From NCBI GenBank assembly GCA_018397055.1, contig JAGTQS010000001.1, positions 1 through 54,371 of the forward strand: 54,371 nt of DNA, read 5' to 3'. The stretch is from Candidatus Bathyarchaeota archaeon. GTDB taxonomy: Archaea > Thermoproteota > Bathyarchaeia > Bathyarchaeales > DTEX01. Made by a program: the position numbers and the translations under genes. The notes below the pieces were generated by a model. That model saw only the letters and a program-made list of their open reading frames with translations. It ran no database searches and had not been told where the DNA came from. Shown piece after piece: positions 17,826-26,103 of the stretch. Within the stretch, counting starts at the first letter, position 1, and every line of letters begins with the position of its first letter.

Positions 17826-19397
17826 TCACGGTTCTCTCAAGTGAAGAGGTAGTCCTGAGAACTGGCTGTTTTTAGATTCGGAACCCTGCTCCATCTTTTC
17901 CCATGCGCTTTTTGCGAACGCAACAGCCTTCTGCGGATATTCTTCGACTTCTATTTCTGCAATAATCGGAAAGGGTGTAGGCACAGCGGTGCCCCAAAGC
18001 ATCGCTTCATGATCAGCTAGACCTGGCAAATAGTCTTTAAGCCTTTCAGACCCGTATTCGGTGTATTGCAGGATGGCGTCTTGGTCGTTTCCGCTTTTCA
18101 GCCTAAAACAGGCAACGGAGTTGCATTGAGAAATTGTGCTTTTCAGAACGTACGCGGGCCTTTGTGTCATAAGTATCAAGCCTACGTTGTATCCTCCAGC
18201 TTGGCTTGCGGTTTCAATCATCGACGCTTTGACTTGGTTTTGGACGCTTGACTCTCGCATTTCAACTCCTCTCTCAGGGGCAAAATACTGAGCTTCTTCA
18301 ATCGCTATGATGCACGCAAAGTCGCCGTGGTCTTTTCTCTGCATTGCGTATTCCCGAATGCTGTCGAGGATATGTTTAGCTGTTCTCTGCTGAGATTCGA
18401 TGTCCGTGTCGACAGAAAAGTCGACGATTAAGGCAAAGTCGGCTTTAATCTCGTCAATGATGCTCAGAGGCTTGGTTTCTCTATCAATAAATTTGCCTTT
18501 GGTCTCAAGCGCCCACTTGATTGTTTCGTAGGCCTTTCTTTGGCTAACTTCAGTTTTGTAGACCATTCTGCGGCTGAGAACTTCCTCTGTCTTTTCAAGT
18601 AGACTTTGTCGAGTCAGCTTTAAACCCTCGGACAATGTTGCCCTTACAGCGTCTAAGAGGACTGAGGCTTCTTTACCCTTTAGCTCCAGCTTGTCAACGA
18701 TTATTTTTGGGTCGGAGATTTCCGGTGTGAAGTTTATGTATGGCAACATTTTCGCACCGTAACGTCTCAGACCGTTGTATTCGCCGCGCATGTCAAAAAT
18801 AACGAAGTGCGGTCTAGGTTTAAGGCGGGAAGCCTTGGCAACCAAGTTTATGATGAAGCTCGATTTTCCAGACCTCGTCATTCCTGCAACAAACATGTGT
18901 CCCTTTGCGACAGAGTTTAAATTTATGTATACTGGAATATTGGTGCCTCGGGCTTTGCCTATTTCAAGCATAAGTGCGTCGGCTTCAACTTTTTTTGGGA
19001 TGAAAAAGTTCTTTAGAGCCTCCTCGTTAGGGTCGTAGACGTAGTCCCAAGGTGACGGAGCGACCTCCATCATCCTCCAACGGCCTTTTTCGTCGTAGTA
19101 GCCGAGAATCTCAGCAGAAGCAATAATATATTCAAGCCGTTTGCCATATTCAGCTTTGCGACCTTTCTTTCCAGCTAAGGGTCCAGTTCGCCCAGTCATC
19201 ATCTCGGGATTGTACGGTTGAATGCTGAAGGTGCGAACCAAAACTTTTATGTTTGGGTTCAGTGGGTGGTCAATAAAATAGAAGTGGTTGACCTTAACTT
19301 GAGCGTCTTCCATAACGACAAAGTTCAAGTAATCATGCGTACATCCTGAAAGGGCGTATCCCACTGGCCTAGACTCTGATTCAAATTGCCTTTGCAA
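17826..19397 (-). CDS. herA: HerA-type (FtsK/HerA superfamily, DUF87) ATPase/helicase
   Basis: N-terminal HAS-barrel-like region, Walker A GMTRSGKSS, Walker B IIAIEEAQYF. TTG start lies 4 nt after the nurA stop. Confidence 0.8.
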   Translation of the reverse strand: MQRQFESESRPVGYALSGCTHDYLNFVVMEDAQVKVNHFYFIDHPLNPNIKVLVRTFSIQPYNPEMMTGRTGPLAGKKGRKAEYGKRLEYIIASAEILGYYDEKGRWRMMEVAPSPWDYVYDPNEEALKNFFIPKKVEADALMLEIGKARGTNIPVYINLNSVAKGHMFVAGMTRSGKSSFIINLVAKASRLKPRPHFVIFDMRGEYNGLRRYGAKMLPYINFTPEISDPKIIVDKLELKGKEASVLLDAVRATLSEGLKLTRQSLLEKTEEVLSRRMVYKTEVSQRKAYETIKWALETKGKFIDRETKPLSIIDEIKADFALIVDFSVDTDIESQQRTAKHILDSIREYAMQRKDHGDFACIIAIEEAQYFAPERGVEMRESSVQNQVKASMIETASQAGGYNVGLILMTQRPAYVLKSTISQCNSVACFRLKSGNDQDAILQYTEYGSERLKDYLPGLADHEAMLWGTAVPTPFPIIAEIEVEEYPQKAVAFAKSAWEKMEQGSESKNSQFSGLPLHLREP

Positions 19398-19401
19398 TCT
19401 T

Positions 19402-20595
19402 TCATTTTCCCCCTGTTATAGCTGAAGATGCTTCTCTATCATTGATTGTCCAGGGTTCTCCATGTTGTAGGGCAAGCATCGTTAAATCTTTTAAGTCCAT
19501 ATCGCCCTTTTCAACAAGCTCCAAAGCCTTGGCATAAATCATAAGTGTTCTTATGTTTGAGACGCTTGTCGTAATCTTTGTTAGACGGTCAACTTCGTTT
19601 ATGGCAAATGGTATTCCGGTTTCCTCTTCTGAAGTCGTATAAAGCACGGTTCCAACTTCTTCTAGGCTGTTAAGACAGTATTCAGGAATTTCCAGCCTAT
19701 AGGGAGTTGTTAACCCAGTTCGAACGTAAGAGGAGTAAAAGTTCGTGATTTTCTGAATTATCGGGTCGGGCACACCGAACTCAGCTGCTTTTTCCCGATA
19801 GTTGTCAATTACGTATCCCATTGTCGGCTTAGCCTCAGGTTCAGTGTACTCGCCAAGGTTAAGAATGAGGTCCATAAGCGCCGTGTCCCTCATCCTGGAG
19901 TTGCCAAACGACCTGCAGACTTGGTTCATCCGCGTCCTTTTCGCGAAGCCTACAATTGGAATATTTTTCCTGTAACATGTCTGCAGCAAATTTACGGCGC
20001 ATCTTATGGTTTCATCAACATCTCTTTGGTAGTCATCTGAAAAATGGGTTGAAGGCAAAAGCAGAAAATGCATGGCTAAGGTTCCGTCAAAGACGACAAG
20101 CCTCGGTTCCCACTTTTCTACCGCTTCCTCCGTAACTTGGTACTGAATCTTGGCAGCTAAAAGTGCTTCTCTGTTCTGCGGTTCTGGTTCATCTGACCAT
20201 ACATCTGGGGTTCCTGCCTTATAGTGGGGTTCATAAGGTATTGTCCATCCCTCGGCGACGACGGCGACAGAGGCGTATAGTGGCAAATAGGCTGACCTTA
20301 AGTCAACGCCGTTGTATCCAGCGTCAGAGGCGACAACCCTTATGTTTGCTGCTTCCTCGTCGTGTTTGAGTTTGCCAACTTTTATTTTATCGCGAACCTC
20401 GCTTAACAGTTTCTTTCGGCTCTGGTTGTAGGTTAAAAGTTGTTTGACGATTTCGTCTGTTCCGTCGTCAATCAGCCTTTGGTAGAGGTCAGCGTGCAAG
20501 GTTTCAGGCTCTGGACCTGTAAAAAGTGAAAAGTACCGTTCACGAAAGGGCAAAGGCGGCTTTATAGGCCTCGCTTTTGTTGTTTCTTTATTCAA
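19402..20595 (-). CDS. nurA: NurA-domain nuclease
   Basis: VVASDAGYNG, LVVFDGTL and IPIVGFAKRT resemble the NurA catalytic Asp and DGS/T motifs. Immediately upstream of herA. Confidence 0.7.
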   Translation of the reverse strand: MNKETTKARPIKPPLPFRERYFSLFTGPEPETLHADLYQRLIDDGTDEIVKQLLTYNQSRKKLLSEVRDKIKVGKLKHDEEAANIRVVASDAGYNGVDLRSAYLPLYASVAVVAEGWTIPYEPHYKAGTPDVWSDEPEPQNREALLAAKIQYQVTEEAVEKWEPRLVVFDGTLAMHFLLLPSTHFSDDYQRDVDETIRCAVNLLQTCYRKNIPIVGFAKRTRMNQVCRSFGNSRMRDTALMDLILNLGEYTEPEAKPTMGYVIDNYREKAAEFGVPDPIIQKITNFYSSYVRTGLTTPYRLEIPEYCLNSLEEVGTVLYTTSEEETGIPFAINEVDRLTKITTSVSNIRTLMIYAKALELVEKGDMDLKDLTMLALQHGEPWTINDREASSAITGGK

Positions 20596-20692
20596 CGGTA
20601 AGTCCCTTCACTATATTTTGAGCGAGGCGCCTATTAAGCCTACATTTTTGTCAAAAAATTGGGGGAAAATTGGTGTTGTCTGCGTGCTTAGG

Positions 20693-21493
20693 TTATTTCA
20701 TTGACAGAATCAGGTCTAAAGCTGTTTTGCTGTCCATTGCTGACTTCAGTGGGTGACCAGGGTATGGGGACATCTCGACGTTTAGGAATCCTTTGTATCC
20801 TGTTTCCCGCAGCGCCCTCATCACGTTGGGCCATGGTATGTCGCCTTCTAGTAGAGGTTTAAACTGCATTGTGGGACGGTGGAAATCTTTGACGTGGACG
20901 CATGCGATTAAGTCTTTGAGGTGTCTAATCCACTGTTCAGAGAAGCTTAGGAAGTGCATGTTTCCGATGTCGAAGTAAGCTTTTAAAATTGGGTTCTCAA
21001 ATTCTTCGATGAACCTTTTGAATTCCAGTGGACTGTAAAGGAACCTGTTCCAAACGTTCTCTATGCCTAGAGTTACGCCGCAAGCCTCCGCTGTTGGAAT
21101 AGCTTTTTCAATGCTTTGCTTTGACCATTCCCAAGTCTGCTGGTACGTGACCTCGGAGACGGCTACTGCTGGAACAACAAGTAGCACTGAGGCGCCAATA
21201 TCAGCGGCGAACTCGCAGCCTTTTTTAATGATTTCAACCCCTTCTGCCCGTGTTTTTGAGTCTGGGCTTGCTAAGTTGTATTTCCAGAACAGTCCTGAGC
21301 ATAGGCTTGGCAGTTCAAGTCCCAGTGACGCTGCTTTTTCCGCTATGGCTTTCCTCTCTGTTTTCGAAATTTTTAGTTTCTCTTCGTCAAGGTTCAGTTC
21401 AACTCCTTCGAATCCTATTTGCGAAGACGCCTTGAGGACTTGTTCAATCCCATAATTTGAGGGGTAAATCCATGCGTTGACTCCTTTTTTCAT
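20693..21493 (-). CDS. Sugar phosphate isomerase/epimerase (xylose isomerase-like TIM barrel)
   Basis: FEGVELN, LGIENV, DIGN and HVKD motifs. Lies 15 nt downstream of a Gfo/Idh/MocA gene. Confidence 0.8.
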   Translation of the reverse strand: MKKGVNAWIYPSNYGIEQVLKASSQIGFEGVELNLDEEKLKISKTERKAIAEKAASLGLELPSLCSGLFWKYNLASPDSKTRAEGVEIIKKGCEFAADIGASVLLVVPAVAVSEVTYQQTWEWSKQSIEKAIPTAEACGVTLGIENVWNRFLYSPLEFKRFIEEFENPILKAYFDIGNMHFLSFSEQWIRHLKDLIACVHVKDFHRPTMQFKPLLEGDIPWPNVMRALRETGYKGFLNVEMSPYPGHPLKSAMDSKTALDLILSMK

Positions 21494-21508
21494 GTTTTTT
21501 CCTCCTTC

Positions 21509-22510
21509 CTATGGTAACGGTAATTTTACGGGTTTTCCTGTTTCCATGGATGTTCGGGCTGCAAGGGTGAACTCAAGCGTTTTTGCGCCTTCCTGAATTG
21601 GGGTCCTAGTTTCTTCATCGCTTAATACTGCTTTAACGAGGTCTTTGGCTTCAAGCAGGTAAACGTCTCTTTGCTCAGATGTTGTTTTTAACTCGTGGGC
21701 TTTTGTCGTTGAATAAAGGGTTAATGCATCACTGTTTTCGCAGACTAACGTGTAGTTTTTAGCAGCAATCATCCATCGGAGCCACCACTGCGAAGCTGCA
21801 CCCCAAGTTGTCGCTGAGATTGTCCCAATGGCTCCTGACTTGAACCGGAATATTGAGCTGCTAACGTCTTCTGTGGTCAAGTCTGGAACGTCTGTCCAGA
21901 ATTTTATGTTCATCTGCCCATAGACCTCGTCGATGTCTCCGCATAAGTAGCGAAGCGCGTCGTAGATGTGTGTGGACTGCTCAACGATTTGGCCTCCGCT
22001 CTTGTTTTTGTTTCTCCACCATTCCCCACCAAGAAAGTGACACCAGTACCATCCTATGGCTAGCCCTGGTTCTCCTGCTTCACCTGTTTGGATTAGGCGT
22101 TTAGCCGCCTCAACACTGTGGCTGAATCTTTGGCAGTAGCCAACTTGGCTCTTAACGCCGTGTTTTTCGACAGCCGAAACCATGGTTCTTGCTAGTTTCA
22201 TGTTTAGCGCTATGGGTTTCTCGATGAATATGTGGACTCCTTTTTCCGCGGCGACTTCAACCTCGTTTGTGTGGGCAAAAGGGGGTAAACAGATGTAGAC
22301 TAAGTCCAGTTTTTCCTTGTCTAACATTTTTTGCCAGTTGCTGTACGGGGTTCCTTTGTACTTTTGTGCAAATGTTTTTGCGTTAGCCTCTACGATGTCA
22401 GCGAAAGCCGCCATTTCGACTTCTGGTAGGGTTTTGAGCCTTTCAGCGTGGACACCTGCAATTCCCCCGCATCCAATCATGCCTATTTTTAGTTTTTTCA
22501 TACCTGTCAC
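21509..22510 (-). CDS. Gfo/Idh/MocA family oxidoreductase
   Basis: KIGMIGCGGIAGVHA Rossmann start and the FIEKPIA motif. Confidence 0.85.
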   Translation of the reverse strand: MTGMKKLKIGMIGCGGIAGVHAERLKTLPEVEMAAFADIVEANAKTFAQKYKGTPYSNWQKMLDKEKLDLVYICLPPFAHTNEVEVAAEKGVHIFIEKPIALNMKLARTMVSAVEKHGVKSQVGYCQRFSHSVEAAKRLIQTGEAGEPGLAIGWYWCHFLGGEWWRNKNKSGGQIVEQSTHIYDALRYLCGDIDEVYGQMNIKFWTDVPDLTTEDVSSSIFRFKSGAIGTISATTWGAASQWWLRWMIAAKNYTLVCENSDALTLYSTTKAHELKTTSEQRDVYLLEAKDLVKAVLSDEETRTPIQEGAKTLEFTLAARTSMETGKPVKLPLP

Positions 22511-22671
22511 TTTGTTTGTTGATTTTATTGAATTGTTTCAGTGGAACAAGTATATTGGATTTTGGGATGTAAAATGCATAGTATTATGGTTATTGTTTAG
22601 AAGATGCTTTCCTAAATTATGATCAAGTCTTTCTATTAGTGTATTTTATGAAGGGGGATGGGGTATATATA

Positions 22672-22690
22672 GTAGTCAAATTTTTTGACT
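22672..22690. terminator. Perfect 8-bp hairpin/palindrome (TAGTCAAA-TTT-TTTGACTA) 20 nt downstream of the ModE-like gene
   Basis: Read directly from the sequence. Could equally be a protein-binding palindrome. Confidence 0.3.
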
Positions 22691-22709
22691 ATCTGCTTTT
22701 GATTAGGCC

Positions 22710-23054
22710 TTAGACCTTTGAGTGTTGTTTGTCTGTTAGTGCTTCTTTTATGTGTTTTTCTGTTTGTTTGAACTTTTCGAGCAGCTGTTCACCTTGGCTT
22801 GTGAGGTTTGCTCCGCCTCCTCCCTGTTTTCCGCCGCGGTATGCTTTGACTGCGGGTTCTCCTAGGATTGTATTCATGCGGTCTACGTAGCTCCAAACAT
22901 AGCGGTATGACATGCCTAGTTTTTCAGCTGCTTTGGAGACGGATTTTTCGGTTTTTATGGCTTCTAGAATTTGGGCTCCGCCTTTACCGAGTATTGGTTT
23001 TCCGTTTTTTTCAAGCCAAATTTTGTATGCGATCTTTATTTTTTTGTTTTTCAT
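22710..23054 (-). CDS. ModE N-terminal-like winged-helix regulator (molybdate/tungstate-responsive type)
   Basis: GGAQILEAIKTEKSVSKAAEKLGMSYRYVWSYVDRMN...GGKQGGGGANLT matches the ModE HTH domain pattern. Divergent from tupA. Confidence 0.7.
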   Translation of the reverse strand: MKNKKIKIAYKIWLEKNGKPILGKGGAQILEAIKTEKSVSKAAEKLGMSYRYVWSYVDRMNTILGEPAVKAYRGGKQGGGGANLTSQGEQLLEKFKQTEKHIKEALTDKQHSKV

Positions 23055-23076
23055 TGCTCATTATTACGACAATAAG

Positions 23077-23085
23077 TTTTATAAA
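23077..23085. promoter_or_regulatory. Palindromic TATA-like box TTTTATAAA in the modE-like/tupA divergent intergenic region
   Basis: Centred about 27 nt from the minus-strand ATG (23054) and about 49 nt from the tupA GTG (23130). Confidence 0.3.
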
Positions 23086-23129
23086 TCATACTACCGAAAT
23101 AGATGGCCATGCATAACGGTGGTAAATAA

Positions 23130-24125
23130 GTGCAGACAATAAAGAAAATGGTCATAATTGCATCTTTAATCACGATTCTAGTAATTTCGGGCTCGTGGAT
23201 TTACATCGAATATTTTGCCACAAGAAGGCTAATTATTTCGACAACAACGAGCCTTTACAACACAGGATTACTTGACGCAATAAAGGAAGAGTTCAAGAAA
23301 AAGTATCCTTTAGACATCAACATCATCTCGGCGGGAACAGGCTTAGCGATACAACACGCTAAGAATGGAGACGCAGATGTTGTGCTTGTGCATTCACCAG
23401 CTTTAGAGGCGTCTTTCCTAACTGATGGTGTAGGTGTCTGCAGGAAAATCATTGCATACAACTTTTTTGTAATAATCGGACCAGCATCTGATCCAGCCTG
23501 CGTAAATGGAACAGGTCCAATCGAGGCGTTGCAGCGAATAGTGAATTACGGAAGAAGCCACGCGGGCTATGTTTGGGTTTCGCGCGGCGACAACTCTGGT
23601 ACGCATAACGCAGAAAAGACTCTTTGGAAGAAGACTGGCTTCAACTACACTTTATTATCTAAGGAACCTTGGTACGTCAGCCGACAGGGTGGAATGGGCG
23701 AAACTTTGATGATGACAGACGAGTACCTTGGCTACACGCTTACAGACATGGGAACATATCTTGCCTATTTCAAGCAAGAGCTAATAGAGCTAGTGCCGCT
23801 TATCACTCGAGGGAAAGACCTTCTGAACGTGTATAGCGTGATCGCTGTGAAGCCGTCTACTGTTGCAAATCAAACTCTTCATTCTTCAATTAACTTTCGA
23901 GACTCAATAGCTTTCATCAGATACCTTGCATCTGACGAAGGACAAACCTTGATAGAGAATTATGGAGTATCTGAATATGGGCAAAATCTGTTCTACGGAG
24001 CTGTTAGGGTTTTGAAGAATGAACCGGACAGCGAGATTGCCCAGTGGATTCGTGAATACGCCTTCATCAACGGCACAGAGTGTCCGCCTGAGTACCGCTA
24101 CGGTCAGAATAGCCTTTACAGTTAA
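23130..24125 (+). CDS. tupA: Tungstate ABC transporter substrate-binding protein (TupA-like)
   Basis: N-terminal TM/signal anchor, then ISTTTSLYNTGLLD (the TTTS motif characteristic of TupA). Confidence 0.75.
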   Translation: MQTIKKMVIIASLITILVISGSWIYIEYFATRRLIISTTTSLYNTGLLDAIKEEFKKKYPLDINIISAGTGLAIQHAKNGDADVVLVHSPALEASFLTDGVGVCRKIIAYNFFVIIGPASDPACVNGTGPIEALQRIVNYGRSHAGYVWVSRGDNSGTHNAEKTLWKKTGFNYTLLSKEPWYVSRQGGMGETLMMTDEYLGYTLTDMGTYLAYFKQELIELVPLITRGKDLLNVYSVIAVKPSTVANQTLHSSINFRDSIAFIRYLASDEGQTLIENYGVSEYGQNLFYGAVRVLKNEPDSEIAQWIREYAFINGTECPPEYRYGQNSLYS

Positions 24126-24167
24126 TAGTATCCACATAGTCATAGACAGAAAATTGGTGAAACCAAA

Positions 24168-24860
24168 TTGGAGGAGCTGATAGAAGGAGTTAGCAAAGCC
24201 ATTCAACTCATAGTCTCTGGAGACCCGATTGTTCTTGACATTACCATTCGTTCACTTTACGTTTCTGGAGCCGCAGTGCTCATTGCTACACTGTGGGGAA
24301 TCCCGATTGCGATTCTTTTGGGACTTAAAAACTTTCGGGGAAAACTCTTAATTAAAGGGTTTTTTAATGCTCTTATTGGCATACCTACTGTGGGGTTAGG
24401 ATTAATTCTCTACATATTTATTCATAGAACAAGTTTTTTCGGATTCTTGCACTTGCTTTATACTCCGACAGCAATCATAATTGGTGAGGCTGTTTTGGTT
24501 ACGCCAATAGTTGTGAGCTTCTCCGCCAACGCCATGGAAGCTGTAAGCTCAGAGATTCAAGATTTAGCGAAGACTTTAGGAGCATCAGAAGACCAGGCTT
24601 TTTTTGCCGTTTTTAGAGAAGCCCTAGATGGAATTTTGTTGGCAATTGTATCAAGTTTCAACCGGGCAGTCGCAGAACTAGGGATCACTCAAATGGTTGG
24701 AGGAAACATTTATGGGTTTACAAGTGTTCTCACAACAACTATAGCAAATGAAACAGCCAAGGGCAATATTTCCCTCAGCGTGGCGCTAGCGATTATTCTT
24801 TTCATAATATTGTTTGGGATAACTCTTGTAGTCAACCTAGTTCAAAGGAGAAGAAAGTAG
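24168..24860 (+). CDS. tupB: Tungstate ABC transporter permease (TupB-like)
   Basis: Five to six TM segments and an EAA-like loop AKTLGASEDQAFFAVFREA. Confidence 0.75.
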   Translation: MEELIEGVSKAIQLIVSGDPIVLDITIRSLYVSGAAVLIATLWGIPIAILLGLKNFRGKLLIKGFFNALIGIPTVGLGLILYIFIHRTSFFGFLHLLYTPTAIIIGEAVLVTPIVVSFSANAMEAVSSEIQDLAKTLGASEDQAFFAVFREALDGILLAIVSSFNRAVAELGITQMVGGNIYGFTSVLTTTIANETAKGNISLSVALAIILFIILFGITLVVNLVQRRRK

Positions 24861-24862
24861 GC

Positions 24863-25921
24863 TTGATTGCTGAGCTGAGAAACGTTTCAAAGACCTATAA
24901 CGAAGTCGCAGCGTTAGACAACGTAAACCTCGAGATACGTGAGGGTGAAATCTTCGGTCTGCTTGGACCTAGCGGTTCAGGAAAAACGACGATTCTGAGA
25001 ATTTTAGCTTTGATCGAGAAACCTATAAGCGGTGAGGTGTACTTCAACGGAACAAAAGTCACAGAAAGGAACATTCAAGAGTTGCGGATGCAGACCACGA
25101 TGGTTTTTCAGAAGACAGCGGTCTTCAACACAACGGTTTATAACAACGTTGCTTACGGCTTAAAGCTGAGAAAAGTCGCTGAAGACACAATTAAGAAGCA
25201 GGTCAGCGATGTTCTAGACCTCGTTGGACTGCAAGGCTTCGAGAAGAGATACGCCAATCGCCTTTCCGGCGGAGAGCAGCAAAGAGTGGCTTTGGCAAGG
25301 GCTTTGGTTTTACGTACAAAACTTGTTTTACTAGACGAGCCGACTGCTAATCTTGACCCTAGAAACGCTGCTGTTATCGAGAATGTTATTGACAAGGCTA
25401 ACCACGAATTGGGGACAACGTTTGTTGTGGCAACTCACAACATTTTTCAGGCGAAAAGTCTTCCTCAACGGATCGCTTTGCTTAGGAACGGAAGGATAGA
25501 GCAGTCTGGAACCGCAGCTGAGGTTTTCTCAAGCCTTTCAAAAACCTTAGCTAGCTTCGCTGCTGTTGAGAACACGTTCGTGGGCGAAGCTAAATTTTCT
25601 GCAGGGGGCACGACTGTGGTGGAAATTGGAAACGGCGTCCAAATTGAGACAACAGCCCATGTTCAAGGTAAGGCTCAAGTCTTCATCGACCCAAGAGAGG
25701 TCATTGTTTCCAAGAAACCTTTTGCCTCAAGCGCGAGAAACGTCTTTAAATGCAGAATCGTCGAAATTGTGGACGCTGGAAAAGTCGTCAAAGTTAAAGT
25801 GGACATCAAGGGAAAACTGTTCACTGTTCAAATCACGAGGCGTTCGCTTGATGACTTGAAACTTCACGTTGGCTCAGATGTCTTCCTAACGTTCAAGGCC
25901 TCAAGCGTCCAAGCGATTTAA
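24863..25921 (+). CDS. tupC: ABC transporter ATP-binding protein with C-terminal TOBE/Mop-like domain (TupC-like)
   Basis: GPSGSGKTT, LSGGEQQRVALARAL, LLDEPTANLD, and a beta-rich tail of about 120 aa. Confidence 0.8.
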   Translation: MIAELRNVSKTYNEVAALDNVNLEIREGEIFGLLGPSGSGKTTILRILALIEKPISGEVYFNGTKVTERNIQELRMQTTMVFQKTAVFNTTVYNNVAYGLKLRKVAEDTIKKQVSDVLDLVGLQGFEKRYANRLSGGEQQRVALARALVLRTKLVLLDEPTANLDPRNAAVIENVIDKANHELGTTFVVATHNIFQAKSLPQRIALLRNGRIEQSGTAAEVFSSLSKTLASFAAVENTFVGEAKFSAGGTTVVEIGNGVQIETTAHVQGKAQVFIDPREVIVSKKPFASSARNVFKCRIVEIVDAGKVVKVKVDIKGKLFTVQITRRSLDDLKLHVGSDVFLTFKASSVQAI

Positions 25922-25951
25922 GGCAAAGATAAACATTCAACTTTCAATATC

Positions 25952-25957
25952 TTTTTT
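25952..25957 (+). terminator. Oligo-T tract (T6) after tupC
   Basis: Archaeal terminators are commonly T-runs. This one lies about 30 nt after the stop. Confidence 0.3.
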
Positions 25958-26103
25958 AAACATTTTCGCGTTACAGCCTTTTTGTGCGGGATGGTTTTTC
26001 AAATATAGAATCTTGGAAAAAATCTTTTATACTGATTAGTTTAGCGAAAGCCTTAAAGATGAGAATTTCGTCTTTTGCAAGAATAATGCGGAAGGCTTGA
26101 AAT

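Noticed and set aside
22536-22547. TTTCAGTGGAAC, resembling the core of archaeal origin recognition boxes (TTCCAGTGGAAAC)
   Set aside because: Only one intergenic copy is present. A second similar string at 21023 lies inside a coding region. There are no inverted ORB pairs, no AT-rich unwinding element between repeats and no orc1/cdc6 nearby. The evidence for an origin is insufficient.
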